The notes under the pieces are model-generated. The model was not told where the DNA came from and searched no databases. It saw only the letters and a program-made list of their open reading frames with translations. Of a DNA stretch of 64,000 nucleotides, positions 61,568-64,000 are shown one piece after another. Where the stretch lies: assembly GCA_002269645.1 (NCBI GenBank), contig NIVC01001190.1, positions 1-64,000 on the forward strand, in the 5' to 3' direction. The first letter of the stretch is position 1, and every line of letters begins with the position of its first letter. The position numbers were made by a program, and so were the translations under genes. The DNA comes from Macrostomum lignano (Eukaryota).

Positions 61568-62619
61568 ATGCCTATTGACATCTTGGCAATAAATGCACTT
61601 CTGATTCAATCTATTATATAATTGTTCAGCGGTTTTTATTCTTATTTTATGTTTGCAGAAAGAACATCTAGCAAAAGTATACCCACAGCAACATCGAAAA
61701 GTCGCCATCACAGAAGATTCCGTCTGTCGTCGCCAATTTTGAGAGAGTGCAGATGAAGTCTCTCAATCTTGCGTGTGACGCAACTCAGCCGCGGCAGACT
61801 TGAGTTGAGGAATGAAGTGGGAGGAGCGGTGTGCGAGGGTTGAACGGATTAAAGCTACCCCAATCAGTTTCAAAATAGTCCAAGAGAAATTGCTCACTCG
61901 CGCATCAAGTGACGACTTTTCAATATTGCTGAGTATAAGAGGCTCAAATGCGGACTTAGCGACAAATATGCTGATTAGGTCACCACTAGACAACCATGAG
62001 CAATCGGCACATATACATGTAGATAAGCTACAGAAACCCATTTTTTCTGTATCACCATCATTTTCAGTAGTCGTTTTGATTATATTCTCATACTACGAGC
62101 GTACAAGCGGAACCTGTAGATATCCTAGTTTGCATCTAAATAATTTACACACAGCTGTATCTAAACTTCTAAGCCAAAGGTAGTACATTCTCGTAATATT
62201 TTTTTTGAAAAAAACTTTAAAAACATCTCAAAATTTGACCAACTATTCTCGTTTGAGTCATGATTCGCGCATTGTGACGCCTACGCTCTTCTAGTTGACG
62301 TGGGGTGCTTGCGCGCTTGTTTTGACCTTTGGCCTCTAGGTTCTGGATGGTCGCTAGTCGATTGGCTGGGTTGTGGCGCCCCTCTCTCTCCTCTCTCTCT
62401 CTCTCTTGTACCCCTTGATTGCGACCTAGCACCTCCTCAACTCTCTTCCCCCTTTGTCTGTGACCATCCTTCTGATTGGCTGATTGCTCTGATTGGCTGG
62501 GCTTTGCTGTCGTCTGTTTTCTCTTTTTGATTTATAGAGGCAGTTAGCTGCGCGCACCCCGGCGCACATAAGTGACATTGTCACACTGGCCCATTCTGCC
62601 TACTCCCCTGAGCAGGCAA

Positions 62620-62760
62620 ACAGTCACACAGGAGTGTACAGCGGCCCTAACTTTTTATCGTCAGGCATGTAGACTTCACTGTGCTTTCTGAGTTGCCTGT
62701 CAAGGACGTTATTTTCACGACCAAAGCCAAGCCGAGATTCCAATTAGCTCAAAACTAAAT
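62620..62760 (-). mobile_element. tRNA-derived SINE, family A, partial copy 3
   Basis: CACACAGGAGTGTACAGCGGCCCTAACTTT...ACTTCACTGTGC...CCAAGCCGAGATTCCAATT matches 55912-56030. Confidence 0.7.
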
Positions 62761-64000
62761 ATAACCATGAGAGCACCGCACTAGTCCACTTGGATACGCT
62801 ATTGTTCTCTCTCCCTTCCCCGATTAGTATTTTTTATCTCTTCTGGCTGCTCCACTAACTTTGGCTCGTGTGGCGACATCTTGAGTGATTTTTTTTTATA
62901 ACTTGGCGTGTGTTAACAATGTGTCATTGCAAAGACTCAATCTATGCATGTTAAAATTGTAAATCCAGTGATTCATATAGTTACTGGGGCTTGAAGCTGG
63001 AAGCCACTCCTGTTGCCACAAAATGTTTATTTGGCTGCTTGATGGTTACGATTTGTTTGAATAATTTCTGCGCAAATGCCAAAAACCTCCCCCACGCACA
63101 GAGGCAGTAGGCGGATAGAGATGGAAAGCAGATATCGAGAAGGCAGTAAATTGACAATAAATTAGGAGTGCACTTGGCCCATTGAATGCGTGGCTTGATA
63201 TTGCAAAACTGAAAAACTGGGGAAGCAGAAAGGAACACCAAGGCTAAAAAGCCATTGCCAAAAACGGATGTAGATCGGGAAAGCATGGCTGACTGGGTTA
63301 TACTTTTACCATGGCTGATACAGACTTCGAAATCTGAAGTGAAGCAGTTCGATGATTCATCCTTTCTAGCCAGAGATCCGTCCTTGATATGCCAGGTCGG
63401 GGTGACAGACAACTTCATCTCAGTAGGAGGCTGGGGATTATAGGAGATTGGAGCGAACTCCCCTATCTAGCGTGGGTGGAGCGGTCGTTAGGACATCAGA
63501 AAAAAGTTTAAGCGCTCATTAGTTCGGCAGTAAAAACGGTTGGAAGAAGATTTGCGCATTGAACGGAGAAGGCAGCAGTGGAGGGCATTAAGCTATCGAG
63601 GCTATAGAATGACGGGATTTGCAAGGAGGACACGTTAGAAAATTATCACACCGCAATCATGCCGGGCAGCAGATATTGCACTCCACCCGGTGCCGCCCTG
63701 CATTCCGCCTGCTATTATTGATCCCCGGCGGGCAAATTTCGGTCGCTCACCCTTGGCTATGCGGCCTTCTGGAGGCGAATGGAACTCGCGTGTAGGACAG
63801 GGGAGACGGTTATAAGTGTCGGCAGGGGGGGGGAGATACGAGAGAGGGTCAGTCAGTGGATGGAGGGAGGTTCCGGTCGGCGGCAATTGAACAGTTTTTT
63901 GGTATAGTTGGCAGCCTGGCTAGGGCGATCTGGAACGCCCACCCTCCCTCGCTCTCCTTTTTTTCTCCTGGGCGTTTTGCGCAAATCATATTTCGCTACG

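Noticed and set aside
63240-63640. Faint resemblance to a LINE endonuclease (DYRRLERT...GGAVV)
   Set aside because: Only one weak motif amid multiple stops; not supportable by eye.

Overview
Eukaryotic (animal) genomic DNA with GT-AG introns and heavy tandem-repeat and transposon content. The style (GC-rich exons, minisatellite-filled introns, CAGA repeats) resembles a free-living flatworm such as Macrostomum; this is an inference, not a database result. Intact genes: a large ankyrin-repeat cation-channel-like gene with a TRPM-type transmembrane module (- strand, 5249-9548), a mitochondrial carrier SLC25A14/30 (UCP5/KMCP1-like; + strand, 5 exons), the SNF2 remodeller SMARCAD1/Fun30 (- strand, 10 exons) and a secreted Lipase_2-family lipase (+ strand, 3 exons). 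Broken genes: a frameshifted paralogue of the ankyrin gene at the left edge, and a degenerate M13/neprilysin-like gene whose poly-Leu signal peptide appears split by a 5.3 kb stack of two APE/RT/RNaseH LINE pieces plus a duplicated Gypsy RT-LTR/minisatellite unit. Other elements: a defective hAT transposase, a Mutator-type foldback MITE with a 9-bp TSD, an hAT-like MITE, two tRNA-derived SINE families (one with a MIR-like CORE domain) and many minisatellites. Most notable: the ankyrin + TRPM-like channel with an altered pore and gate in a tandem family, a ubiquitin-tail mimic (VMRLRGG) in frame ahead of a LINE endonuclease, repeated LINE insertion at a coding (CAG)n, and sharp CpG-depleted 5' domains restricted to the two housekeeping genes. 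No CRISPR, rRNA or intact tRNA genes were found. All exon structures were derived by hand from splice signals and reading frame.
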